From: Betaproteobacteria bacterium
Lineage (GTDB): Bacteria; Pseudomonadota; Gammaproteobacteria; Burkholderiales; SG8-41
Assembly: GCA_028291945.1 (NCBI GenBank)
Contig: JAQGNH010000254.1
Coordinates: forward strand, 4,679 to 68,678
Direction: 5' to 3'
Length of the DNA stretch: 64,000 bases
Shown here: positions 30,443 through 39,788 of the stretch, one piece after another
How the letters are laid out: each line of letters starts with the position of its first letter
Position numbering within the stretch: position 1 is the first letter of the stretch
The notes under the pieces: model-generated
The model's database searches: none
What the model saw: only the letters and a program-made list of their open reading frames with translations
Told to the model about the DNA's origin: nothing
Position numbers and translations under genes: made by a program

Positions 30443-31423
30443 TCATTCTACCTTGGCACCGGATTCCTTCACGGCTTTCGACCACTTGTCCATCTCGATT
30501 CGAATGAAGCTCGAAAATTCCCGTGGCGCGCTGCCCACCGCATCAACGCCGTCTCTAGAGAGCCGCTCGCGGAGCTTCGGATCGCCCAGCGCTTTGACGA
30601 TGTCGTGGTTCAAGCGCGCGATAACTGCGGGCACCGTCTTTGCCGGTGCGAGGATGCCGAACCATGGGCTTACATCGAAGCCGGTGACGCCGGACTCCGC
30701 AATCGTCGGCACATCGGGCAGCGTTGCGGTCCGCTTAGCGCTCGTCACGCCCAGCGCGCGAAGCGTGCCGTTACGAACTTCCGATAACACCGGCGGGATA
30801 CCCGTGAAGAACAGCTGCACGCGTCCAGCTACGAGATCTATCTTCGCGGGTGAGCTGCCTTTGTACGGTATATGAACGACGTCTATCCCTGCGCGTGTCC
30901 GGAACATTTCACCCACGAGATGGGGCGCGCTGCCGCTGCCGCCGGACGCGAAATTTAACTTGCCGGGTTGCGCTTTCGCAAGAGTGATCAGTTCGCGTAC
31001 GGAGCGCACCGCTACCGACGGATGTGCGACCAGCACGTAAGGCGTGGTCGCGAGGAGGCTGATCGGTGCGAAATCGCTGATCGGGTCATAGCCGAGCGGT
31101 CGACCGAGACCCGGGCTTATCGCGAGCGTGCCCGTTCCACCCATCACGATCGTGTACCCGTCCGGTGGCGCCTTCGCCGCCATCTCGGTACCCAGCGTTC
31201 CGCCAGCCCCGGTGCGGTTGTCGACGACGACCTGTTGACCGAGTGTTTCGCCGACCTGCTGTGCTACCAGCCGTCCGGACATATCTATCGTGCCGCCGAC
31301 GGGATAGGGCATGATGAAGCGGATAGGACGGGACGGATAAGTCGAAGTCTCGGCCGCATCTACGTTCTGCGCGAGGAGCGCAATGGCGCTGATCAGCATG
31401 CGCGCGACCAGTTTGCGATTCAC
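30443..31423 (-). CDS. Bug-family (TctC-like) substrate-binding protein
   Basis: '(M)NRKLVARMLISAIALLAQNVDAAETSTYPSRPIRFIMPY...VVDNRTGAGG...HIPYKG'. GTG 31423 chosen; ATG 31492 (TGATG overlap with the upstream gene) is an alternative. The 694-aa track ORF is an artefactual extension. Confidence 0.88.
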   Translation of the reverse strand: MNRKLVARMLISAIALLAQNVDAAETSTYPSRPIRFIMPYPVGGTIDMSGRLVAQQVGETLGQQVVVDNRTGAGGTLGTEMAAKAPPDGYTIVMGGTGTLAISPGLGRPLGYDPISDFAPISLLATTPYVLVAHPSVAVRSVRELITLAKAQPGKLNFASGGSGSAPHLVGEMFRTRAGIDVVHIPYKGSSPAKIDLVAGRVQLFFTGIPPVLSEVRNGTLRALGVTSAKRTATLPDVPTIAESGVTGFDVSPWFGILAPAKTVPAVIARLNHDIVKALGDPKLRERLSRDGVDAVGSAPREFSSFIRIEMDKWSKAVKESGAKVE

Positions 31424-31491
31424 TCGATGCCTCGGTTGTGTACTACGACGGCTCCGTTGCGAGGGGAACGATGCGTCAAAGCTGACTTCCA

Positions 31492-32805
31492 TCACCTGCG
31501 GCTTTCGTAGCTCGCGAGCATCACGCCTTCGCAGATCGAGCGAAACTCGTCGAACAAGAGATAGTGCCGACCATAATACGTGGCGACGGCGGCGCGCGCT
31601 CGAAACAGCACGGTCTGAAACTGCTCCTCCGTGGGTGTGTATCCCCAGTCGCGCATGAGCTTGCGCAGCAGAACAGGATCGTCTGTCTCCGCACTGCTGC
31701 GCTCCCGGCCGAAAAGTATTTTCCCGCCGATCACCGGCTCGAATTGGCGGCCGATCACGTGCGGCGCAATCCCGATCGTGGCTTCGGCATCGGTGCTGCC
31801 CTCGAGGTGCCCGACACCTTCCTCCTTGTTCCAGTTCGAGCCGATGATCGGCTTCCAGGGCGGCAGCGCGATGCCATAGGCGTCGCGCACGTATCGGCAC
31901 AGCTCGTACAGGCCTTCCAACTTGATGCCCGTTTCGATTCCATACATCTCGAACAGCGCTGCCGCCTCTTCCAACGCGACGCAACCGCCGCGGTCCCCAA
32001 TGCCGATGACTGAAGCGTCGACCCAGTTCGCACCGCCTTCCACGGCAGCCATCGCGTTCGCAGTGGCGACGCCGAGGTCGTTGTGGTGCTGCACGTAGAC
32101 GTCGCACTTTTGCCCTACGGCCTCGCGTATGCGGCTGATGTAGACTCGCGTGGCGAGCGGCGTGCTGTTCCCGCGACTGTCCACCGTGTAAACGCCGTCG
32201 GCGCCTGCGTCGGCCATCGCTTTGAAGAACAGACACGCCGTATCGGTCACGGCGCGCATGCTGTCCTCCATCCAAGGTACGACGCGCACCTGCTGCCGTT
32301 TCATGTAAGCGATACTTTCCTTGATCGAATCGACGATGGCATCCTTGCTCAGCGCGCCCGAGAAATCTCCTATCGTGTCCTCGTAGCTCCACTTGAAGAT
32401 CGGGCTGATGACCTCGGTGCCCAGATCGATATGCCGATCGATGAAACTCCTCCAGTCGCCTCGCAGTGGAGGCCTGACGCCGGGGCCTTTCGCCACGAGC
32501 CGGCTGCGTATGCCCATGCGTCGGCACGCCTGGATGAGATCGCGCTCCTCGCTGAAGGTGACATGGCTCGGCATCGTGATTTCTTCGACGCCGATCGAAT
32601 CGAGCCGCTCGATTACGCCGAGCCGCGTGTTCCAGTTCAGTTGATGCCCGACGCAGTCATCGCCTTCGCTCACGGTGCAATCGATGAAGTTGATGCGGCG
32701 GTGCATGCGCGGACGCGCTGCTCGAGCCTCGTCGGCCCAATAGGCGGGGTTGACGAGCCATTTGCCGGGCTGATGCCACGGCCGATCTTCTGGTGCTTTA
32801 CTCAT
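31492..32805 (-). CDS. HMGL-like / DRE-TIM metallolyase-family protein (divergent)
   Basis: 437 aa. Has 'FIDCTVSEGDD' at the position of DxTxRDG, plus 'YVQHHNDLGVATANAMAAVEGGANWVDASVIGIGDRGG', typical of the pyruvate carboxyltransferase/aldolase fold. Confidence 0.75.
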   Translation of the reverse strand: MSKAPEDRPWHQPGKWLVNPAYWADEARAARPRMHRRINFIDCTVSEGDDCVGHQLNWNTRLGVIERLDSIGVEEITMPSHVTFSEERDLIQACRRMGIRSRLVAKGPGVRPPLRGDWRSFIDRHIDLGTEVISPIFKWSYEDTIGDFSGALSKDAIVDSIKESIAYMKRQQVRVVPWMEDSMRAVTDTACLFFKAMADAGADGVYTVDSRGNSTPLATRVYISRIREAVGQKCDVYVQHHNDLGVATANAMAAVEGGANWVDASVIGIGDRGGCVALEEAAALFEMYGIETGIKLEGLYELCRYVRDAYGIALPPWKPIIGSNWNKEEGVGHLEGSTDAEATIGIAPHVIGRQFEPVIGGKILFGRERSSAETDDPVLLRKLMRDWGYTPTEEQFQTVLFRARAAVATYYGRHYLLFDEFRSICEGVMLASYESRR

Positions 32806-32815
32806 GCTCGAATTC

Positions 32816-34204
32816 CTATTGTTTCGTGCTGCTTGCCGCAGAGGAGCCGCCACTGCGCACCAGGTCCATGATTTCCTGCATGTCATGCAGCTCTTCGAGC
32901 TGCTCCACGAGCTCGACCACGCGATCGGCTGCGCGCACATTCAGCACACGCCGCGCACAGGAATGGAATTTCTGCAGCCGCTGTTCGCGCGTCAGCGGCT
33001 GCCCAATCCAGCCCGAAAGCCGCTCCATGCGCTTCGACAAGCGCTGGCCATTGCGCAGCGTGACAGTCACTATCGCATGCATGCGGTCAAAATCGGGCGG
33101 GATCGCATCATCGACTTCAAGTGTGGTGTGGCGCAGCAGCGTCTCGATGTCGGGTGCGAAGCGGCGCTCATTGGTAAACGAATCGATCGTAACTTCACCA
33201 TCGAGCAGCGCGATCGCCGTGGTGTACTGAACGCTGAATTTGCCGTCGAGACCCGTATCCGGAAACGGTCTGTTGACGTACTCGAAACGTGGAAAAAGGA
33301 TGTCTATCTTTTGGATCTGCGATGGATCGATTGCGTGTTCGGCGCGCAGCGCAAGTGCAGCGTCGATCGGGCGGTGGGTGAAGTAATTGCTTGGGTGTTT
33401 TTTGAAACCGACGCCCGGATCGATCATGCGTAGCGGTTTTGCAAACCCTTCGACGAGGCGATGAGGTTCACCTTGTCCGTGAAAGAACGTGTCGAAGAAA
33501 CCTTTGGGTCCGAACAGATCTGCGCTCGCCGTCCAGCCCATCCGCGCGAGCACCGCGCACTCGACGCCCATGCGGGCGGCGTGACCCGAGTGTGATGATT
33601 TGGTCATCGTCCCGGTGTTGATGGAGATACTGCCCGCGCGTGAGCCCGCAAGACCCAGCGCCATCTGCATCTGGGTTACCGTCAGATCGAGCGCGCGCCC
33701 GACGCCCGCAACGGCGCCCAGCGTACCCGTCATGCCAGGTTTATGAAAGCCGGATCCGGTTTCCATTCCAGTCGCGGCGAGTCTTACGCGCCCCTGCACT
33801 TCGAATGCGGCCACGATCGCTTCGACGACTTTCGTTCCCGGCAAACGCTCGTGCTCTGCGATCGCCAAGATCGCAGGAAGCGTCGGTGACGTGGGATGGT
33901 TCAATGGATACCACGTGTTGTCGAAATCGAGTGCGTGCGCCATCGTGCCGTTCGCGTACGCCGCGTTGAGCATCGACGTCTTGAAGCCTCCCGCGATCAC
34001 GCTTGCCTGTGGCGCGCCCCCCATTGTCTTCACGTAATCTATCGAGATTCGACCAACGCCGAGCGGTTCAGTCGAGCCCGCCAGCGTCACCGCGAGTCCG
34101 TCGAGCGTGACCTGTTTTGCCACGGCGATCGCTTCCTTTGGAAGCGCGTCATAGCGAATGTCGAGGATATGCTCAGCGAACTGCTCGGTCAGCGATTTGC
34201 TCAT
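32816..34204 (-). CDS. MmgE/PrpD-family protein (2-methylcitrate dehydratase-like)
   Basis: 462 aa, 'FAEHILDIRYDALPKEAIAVAKQVTLDGLAVTLAG', with a full-length PrpD-like pattern. Confidence 0.88.
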   Translation of the reverse strand: MSKSLTEQFAEHILDIRYDALPKEAIAVAKQVTLDGLAVTLAGSTEPLGVGRISIDYVKTMGGAPQASVIAGGFKTSMLNAAYANGTMAHALDFDNTWYPLNHPTSPTLPAILAIAEHERLPGTKVVEAIVAAFEVQGRVRLAATGMETGSGFHKPGMTGTLGAVAGVGRALDLTVTQMQMALGLAGSRAGSISINTGTMTKSSHSGHAARMGVECAVLARMGWTASADLFGPKGFFDTFFHGQGEPHRLVEGFAKPLRMIDPGVGFKKHPSNYFTHRPIDAALALRAEHAIDPSQIQKIDILFPRFEYVNRPFPDTGLDGKFSVQYTTAIALLDGEVTIDSFTNERRFAPDIETLLRHTTLEVDDAIPPDFDRMHAIVTVTLRNGQRLSKRMERLSGWIGQPLTREQRLQKFHSCARRVLNVRAADRVVELVEQLEELHDMQEIMDLVRSGGSSAASSTKQ

Positions 34205-34211
34205 GGCACTT

Positions 34212-35519
34212 TCAGGGGACGTAAACCCACAACTCGAGCATGACCGAGCAGCCTGGAACGGGAAGGAACGGCACTTCGATTGCCGAAAACGGAAGATGCT
34301 GCTCCGGCAGATGCTTCTCCCACACCTGATATGCAGGGTAGAAGGTGTTCAGGTCGGTGTGGTACTGCTGAATGCGGACCACATTCGCGAGCGATGTGCC
34401 CGCGGTGCTGCAAATACGCTCCGCGTTGCACAGCAGATACTCCATCTGTTCCTGTGTGCTCGAACCGAAGAACGGCTGCTGTGGATCGTATCGCGCGGCG
34501 TCGATGACTCCGCCGCCGCCGAGCGCGAGCATTCCCGACAGAAATAACAGATCACCAGCGCGCATAGCCTGAATATGGCCATCGTACGAAGGCATGACGC
34601 CGGCGTCGATCACCTGCGCTGTAGTTTCCGCGTTGCTGCGAAGAGCAATGACGTTGATCTCGAGCCGCAGGTCGCGATGCGAAAATCCCGGAGTCGCTGT
34701 CGGAATCAACGTCGTTGCTGGAGGGCGTGCAGGGAACTTGGAAGCCCACACTTCATTGAAGGGTGCGAAATCCTCCAGGTCCCGCAAATACACCTGGCAC
34801 TTTAGCGCGCTGCTCAGCGAAGAGCCTGACGCTTCGAGGGCGGGCACGATCTTTTCTTCGATCACGAACTCTGCTTCGAGCTTGATCGGCATGCCTTTCC
34901 ACAGGTAGCCATCCGGCATTCGAGCTGCGGCTGCGACACCTGCGCCGAATTCGAAAGCGTCAGCCATGCGACCTGCAACGAACACGAAATCACCTACGGT
35001 AAGCGCGAGGCTGTACCCCGAAGTGGGGTGCACTTCAGCTTGCTGCTTGGGCCGCACATGCACAGGACGAAACGTAGAGTCTGGCACTACGCCGATCATG
35101 TGAACTTCGATCGCCTGGTCTGCGAGCAGCAAGCCTTTCGTGATCGTCGAGGTGCTGGGTGGCACGTGATCCCCGAGCACGGCACGACGTGCGTCGTGGT
35201 ACGGCTCGACTGCGGACGGTGTCGTGTAGTGCTGATCGAGACGAACGACGTTCGCGAGATTGCTGCCGCCTGCCTGCATGAGCTCGCCGAGGTTCCTGAA
35301 GATCTGGTCGGCTTCGCGTCTCAGCTTCGGCTTGCCCCAGTGCGGAAGCGCCGGCTCAATCACGCTCGCGCCCATACCGCTGACGTAGTCCGAGGTGCCC
35401 TTGTGTCCTGTTCCGAATATCCAGCGGCCCGCCTTGACGCCGGGCGCATAACGTATCCCGCCTTTCGGGATGGTGACCGGCAGCAGCGGCTCGACCGTCC
35501 TGTAAACGTGGGCATCCAT
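34212..35519 (-). CDS. RidA/YjgF (endoribonuclease L-PSP) family protein with three tandem RidA-like modules
   Basis: 435 aa. Three repeats of the RidA core pattern are visible: 'NVVRLDQHYT...AIEVHMIGV', 'KCQVYLRDLEDFAPFNEVW...RLEINVIAL' and 'NVVRIQQYHTDLNTFYPAYQVW...MLELWVYV'. The ATG overlaps the upstream stop (TGATG). Confidence 0.78.
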   Translation of the reverse strand: MDAHVYRTVEPLLPVTIPKGGIRYAPGVKAGRWIFGTGHKGTSDYVSGMGASVIEPALPHWGKPKLRREADQIFRNLGELMQAGGSNLANVVRLDQHYTTPSAVEPYHDARRAVLGDHVPPSTSTITKGLLLADQAIEVHMIGVVPDSTFRPVHVRPKQQAEVHPTSGYSLALTVGDFVFVAGRMADAFEFGAGVAAAARMPDGYLWKGMPIKLEAEFVIEEKIVPALEASGSSLSSALKCQVYLRDLEDFAPFNEVWASKFPARPPATTLIPTATPGFSHRDLRLEINVIALRSNAETTAQVIDAGVMPSYDGHIQAMRAGDLLFLSGMLALGGGGVIDAARYDPQQPFFGSSTQEQMEYLLCNAERICSTAGTSLANVVRIQQYHTDLNTFYPAYQVWEKHLPEQHLPFSAIEVPFLPVPGCSVMLELWVYVP

Positions 35520-36559
35520 CAGTCGATCTTCACGCCGGCATCTTTGACAATCTTTGCGTACTTCGCCAGTTCCGCTGTGATCAGGGCGCCGAACTCTTCC
35601 GGCGTGCTGCTCCATACCTCCGCCCCGATATTGGAGAAGCTTTTTTTCGCTTCCGGGAGCGTCAGCACCTGCTTCACCTCCGCCTGCAACCGATCGAGGA
35701 CTCCTCGCGGTGTGCCACTCGGTACGACAAGGCCGTTCCAGATTCCGATTTCGTATCCGCGAACGCCGGATTCCGCAACAGTCGGCAACTCGGGCGCGGC
35801 GCTCACACGCTTCGCGCTCGTGACCGCGAGTACGCGCAGCTTACCCGCGCGCGCGTGCTCGAGAGCAACGGGCATCGCAGGCAACATGATCTGTGTCTCA
35901 CCGGCCAATGTCTGCGTGATTGCCGGTGCGCTGCCGTTGTAGGGCACGTGACGCATGTCGATGCCGGCCATCGTCTTCAACATCTCCGTTGCGAGTTGCA
36001 CGGTCGAACCGTTGCCGCTGGACGCATAGATCAGCTCTCCGGGACGCGCTTTCGCCAACGTGATCAGCTCGCGGATGTTTTTCGCCGGCAGCGATGGATG
36101 GACGACAACGATCAACGGTGTATTGGCTACCAGCGACACCGGCGTGAAGTCTTTGAGCGTATCGTAGGAAAGTCTCCGATACAGGTTCGGGTTGATCACG
36201 ATCTCCGTATTCGAGCCCATGAGCAGGGTATAGCCGTCTGCCGGTGCCCGCGCGGCCATAGCGGTGCCGATGGTGCCTCCCGCGCCCGGATGGTTGTCGA
36301 CCACGATCTGTTGGCCGAGGCGTGGTGACATGTGCTGCGCAACGATGCGCGCCGCGGTATCCGATGCGCCCCCGGGAGAGAAGGGTACAAGCATGCGGAT
36401 CGGACGGGCTGGATAGGATTGCTGAGCGCCAGCCGTTCCTGCTGCGAGCGCGAGTGCCAGCGATAGCGCAACTTTTCCTGCGAAACCGCGCACGCCGCGT
36501 TCCAACAAATACGGCCGAGGGCGGCTCGCCCGCACGGCTGCGTTGCGATCGACATTCAT
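35519..36559 (-). CDS. Bug-family (TctC-like) substrate-binding protein
   Basis: 'YPARPIRMLVPFSPGG', 'VVDNHPGAGG', 'ADGYTLL' and 'HVPYNG'; 346 aa including a long leader. Confidence 0.9.
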   Translation of the reverse strand: MNVDRNAAVRASRPRPYLLERGVRGFAGKVALSLALALAAGTAGAQQSYPARPIRMLVPFSPGGASDTAARIVAQHMSPRLGQQIVVDNHPGAGGTIGTAMAARAPADGYTLLMGSNTEIVINPNLYRRLSYDTLKDFTPVSLVANTPLIVVVHPSLPAKNIRELITLAKARPGELIYASSGNGSTVQLATEMLKTMAGIDMRHVPYNGSAPAITQTLAGETQIMLPAMPVALEHARAGKLRVLAVTSAKRVSAAPELPTVAESGVRGYEIGIWNGLVVPSGTPRGVLDRLQAEVKQVLTLPEAKKSFSNIGAEVWSSTPEEFGALITAELAKYAKIVKDAGVKID

Positions 36560-36578
36560 TGCCCGGAGCTCACGGGCC

Positions 36579-37490
36579 TCAGCTCTTCATCGCTGAAAGC
36601 GTTTTTGCTTCGCGCTGTTTGATCGCTTCATGGCGCTTGATCAGCTTTTGCGCGCGCACGATGATCGGGATATCGATCATCGTGCCGTCGAGCGCGAAAG
36701 ACCCACGCCCCGACTTCGCCGCCTCTTTGTCCAGATCGATGATCTTGCGCGCGTAAGCGACCTCTTCTGAGGATGGCGAATATTCTTCATTTACGATCGT
36801 CACCTGCCCCGGGTGTATGCAGCCCGCGCCATCGAAACCGAAGCGGCGCGAGCGGCGCACCATCTGACGAAATTTCTCCCAGTCGCCGAAGCCTGCGATG
36901 GTACCGATGAAGCCGAGGGGCATGACCCCGGCGGCACGCGCGGCAATGATCATGCGCTGCTTGGGATGCAGCAGCACGTCATCGTCAGGCTGCATATCGC
37001 AGTCGAGCGCGAAGTCTTCGCCCCCGATGTTCATCGCGATCACGCGCGTGCTTGCGCGAGGAATCTCGTCGATGCGGCCGAACGCGTCGGCAGTTTCGAT
37101 CATGGTAATGAATTTCGTGTGACCGACGGTCATGCCGCGTTTTTCCTCGAGCTCGCTCACGAGCTCATCGAGCAGCTTCACGTGCGAGGCGCTATCGATC
37201 TTCGTGCACGCAATGCCGTTGACGTCGGGCGTGATCGAATGTTCGAGATCGCGCACGGTGAGCGATAGCGGCCGGTTGATGCGCACGATCACATCCGCGC
37301 CGCCGCGCTTCACCCGGGCGGCCGCTTTTTCCACGAGCGTTCGCGCGCGCTCCTTCTCCGCCGGCGGCACGCTATCTTCGAGGTCGAGCTGAATACAGTC
37401 CGCGCCGCGGGTATGCGCCTTGTCGACGTATTTCTCGACGTTCACCGGGACATACATCAGCGAGCGCCAGACAGGGAGGTCGAGTGACAT
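36579..37490 (-). CDS. HpcH/HpaI aldolase / citrate lyase beta (CitE)-like acyl-CoA lyase
   Basis: 'RSLMYVPVNVEKYVDKAHTRGADCIQLDLEDSVPPAEK...MIETA...GGEDFALD', a CitE/malyl- or citramalyl-CoA lyase pattern. Confidence 0.85.
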   Translation of the reverse strand: MSLDLPVWRSLMYVPVNVEKYVDKAHTRGADCIQLDLEDSVPPAEKERARTLVEKAAARVKRGGADVIVRINRPLSLTVRDLEHSITPDVNGIACTKIDSASHVKLLDELVSELEEKRGMTVGHTKFITMIETADAFGRIDEIPRASTRVIAMNIGGEDFALDCDMQPDDDVLLHPKQRMIIAARAAGVMPLGFIGTIAGFGDWEKFRQMVRRSRRFGFDGAGCIHPGQVTIVNEEYSPSSEEVAYARKIIDLDKEAAKSGRGSFALDGTMIDIPIIVRAQKLIKRHEAIKQREAKTLSAMKS

Positions 37491-37644
37491 GGGATTCCTT
37501 ATTGCGAATGATGAATGAGAATGCGGAACTACGAATTGGCGATGTCAGTGCCACGCGCAAGGCGTGTCCGATGATCCGAACGCGCCAGAAAGGATTGCCA
37601 ATTCAGATCATGCCTGCTCAATGGACACGCCAGTACCGGTTTCT

Positions 37645-37689
<45 letters not shown>

Positions 37690-37692
37690 GAG

Positions 37693-38664
37693 TTATTCAA
37701 GCTGCAGTCCCGCATCCTTCACCACCTGCCGCCAACGGTTCACTTCGCCGAACACGTACTTGCTGAATTCCTGAGGCGTCATTGGAATGGGCTCACCGCC
37801 TTCACGGGCGTACTGCTCTTTCAATTGCGCTGTCTGCATTGATTTGCGCAAGCTGTCCGACAGACGGCTCACGATATCGGCGGGTGTTTTTGCGGGCGCC
37901 GCGAGTCCCCACCACAGTTCGCTGACGTATGGCACGCCGCCTTCGTTCACCGTCGGAACCTCGGGCGCAAAGCTTGAACGCTGGGCGCTCGCGACGCCGA
38001 GCGCCTTCAGCCGGCCTGCTTTCACCTGCACCAGGGCGGAGGGGAGACTCGTGATCACCATCTGCACCTGTCCCCCGAGCAGATCGGTAATGGCAAGGCT
38101 GATGCTCTTGTACGGCACGTGCACGATCTTGATATTGGCGGTCTTGGCAAACAGCTCGGTCGCAAGGTGGTTACTGCCGCCTGTGCCGGAAGAGCCGTAA
38201 TTCAGTTCACCCGGACGTTTTCGAGCGAGCGTGATGAGCTCTTTCAGCGTTTTAACCGGCATCGATGGATGTACGACGACGATCATCGGACTCTTCGTCA
38301 TCATGCCGATGTAGGCGAAATCCTTGAAGACGTCGTAAGGCATCTTCGCGCGAATCGCGACGTTCGTCGCAAATGACGCCTGCACGATGAGTATCGTGTA
38401 GCCGTCAGGCTCTGCGCGCGCCACGTACTCGGCGCCGATCATGCCGCCGGCGCCGGGCCGGTTATCGATCACGATCGATTGACCGAGCAGAGGCGACATG
38501 CTTTGCGCTGTGGCGCGCGACAGCGTGTCATTGCTCGCGCCGGGCGTGTAGGGCACGACGAGCCGAACCGGTTTGGAGGGGTACGCAGGGGCCTGGCTCA
38601 AAGCGCTGCCACTCGCTGTAGCGGACAAAGCGATGAACGCGATGCGCAGCACCCGGGCGATCAT
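37693..38664 (-). CDS. Bug-family (TctC-like) substrate-binding protein
   Basis: 'MIARVLRIAFIALSATASGSALSQAPAYPSKPVRLVVPY...VIDNRPGAGG...HVPYK'. ATG 38664 is preceded by GAGGAG. Confidence 0.9.
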   Translation of the reverse strand: MIARVLRIAFIALSATASGSALSQAPAYPSKPVRLVVPYTPGASNDTLSRATAQSMSPLLGQSIVIDNRPGAGGMIGAEYVARAEPDGYTILIVQASFATNVAIRAKMPYDVFKDFAYIGMMTKSPMIVVVHPSMPVKTLKELITLARKRPGELNYGSSGTGGSNHLATELFAKTANIKIVHVPYKSISLAITDLLGGQVQMVITSLPSALVQVKAGRLKALGVASAQRSSFAPEVPTVNEGGVPYVSELWWGLAAPAKTPADIVSRLSDSLRKSMQTAQLKEQYAREGGEPIPMTPQEFSKYVFGEVNRWRQVVKDAGLQLE

Positions 38665-38753
38665 GGGGCTCCTCGAGTATTCTTGGTGGGGGAAAACGGG
38701 ACAGGCAAGATAGCAGCAATGTTCCTGCGGCCGCAATCGGCCGCACCGCGGAC

Positions 38754-39554
38754 TTATCGGCGATCGCCGTTTGCGAGCTGCTTCTCGACGAAACGCGTTT
38801 CGTTTTTGAGCAACGCAGCGAGCTCCGCGACGCGCTTTTCACTCATGCGGCTGGAAATTGCGGATACCGACAAGGCGGCGAAGGCGATGCCGCTCTGATT
38901 GTGCAGCGCCTGCCCGACGGACCTCACGCCCGCGAGTGTCGGCATTTCACGCACCGCGTAACCGAGCTTCTGGGCGCGCTTTACCTGCGCCTGCAGGCTC
39001 GTCGGCGTAAGACCGTATTCGGACAACCGCGGGGTGTTGCTCACGATGACGTGCTTGACCTCTTCCTCGGACAAACCCGAAAGGATCGCCAGACTGCCGG
39101 TGCCCACGCCAAGGGGCCTCCGCATCCCGATTTCGAGCGTGAACGTCTTGATCGGGAACGTACCCTCCTGACGGTCGACGCACACGGAATCGAGACCGCT
39201 GCGTTGCGTCAGAAAAACGGTGTCGCCCGTAGCTTCCGCAATGCGTGTCATGGCCGGATGGCAAATCTCGCGCAGATTGAACCTGGGCGCGGCGGTGAGG
39301 CCGAGCTCGAACACCATGGGCCCGAGAAAATAGCGATGCGTGTCGGCGTCCTGCAGCACCATGTCCTGAACGGTCAGGCACTTCAGCATGCGGTGCACGG
39401 TAGGGCGCTGCAGGCCGGTACGGCTGGCGAGATCGAGCAGCCGGGAGCCGGTCCGGTTGTGCGCGGCGATCTCGCGCATGAGAAGCAGCGCCCGCTCTAT
39501 ACTCTGTGTGCCCGACAGGCGTCCGTTTTCCTCGCTCGTGGCTTTTTTTGGCAT
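38754..39554 (-). CDS. IclR-family transcriptional regulator
   Basis: N-terminal wHTH 'SIERALLLMREIA...LLDLASRTGLQRPTVHRMLKCL' and a C-terminal IclR effector domain. Confidence 0.9.
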   Translation of the reverse strand: MPKKATSEENGRLSGTQSIERALLLMREIAAHNRTGSRLLDLASRTGLQRPTVHRMLKCLTVQDMVLQDADTHRYFLGPMVFELGLTAAPRFNLREICHPAMTRIAEATGDTVFLTQRSGLDSVCVDRQEGTFPIKTFTLEIGMRRPLGVGTGSLAILSGLSEEEVKHVIVSNTPRLSEYGLTPTSLQAQVKRAQKLGYAVREMPTLAGVRSVGQALHNQSGIAFAALSVSAISSRMSEKRVAELAALLKNETRFVEKQLANGDRR

Positions 39555-39788
39555 GAAGTTTTTGATAAAGTCCGGATCGTGAGCTATGCATTGTATTATG
39601 CCATCGCTCCATCCGTAGCGGAAGAATGCCCCTCATGCTATCGTGGCGCGCCGTTTTCGGACTGCCTGAATGAGCTGCTGGTCCATATTACGGACGGTGT
39701 GACCTTCCTTAATCCATCCGGCGGCGGGAGTCGCTGGCGCGTCGCTGCGCAGCAAGCAGCGACGGCATGTTTTCTGTAGGAGCCCATC

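Noticed and set aside
30443-32527. 694-aa ORF in the track that would be the largest protein of the cluster
   Set aside because: Only the C-terminal ~327 aa are a Bug receptor. The upstream ~360 aa are Arg/His/Gly-rich low-complexity sequence read out of frame across the well-supported DRE-TIM gene (31492-32805) on the same strand.
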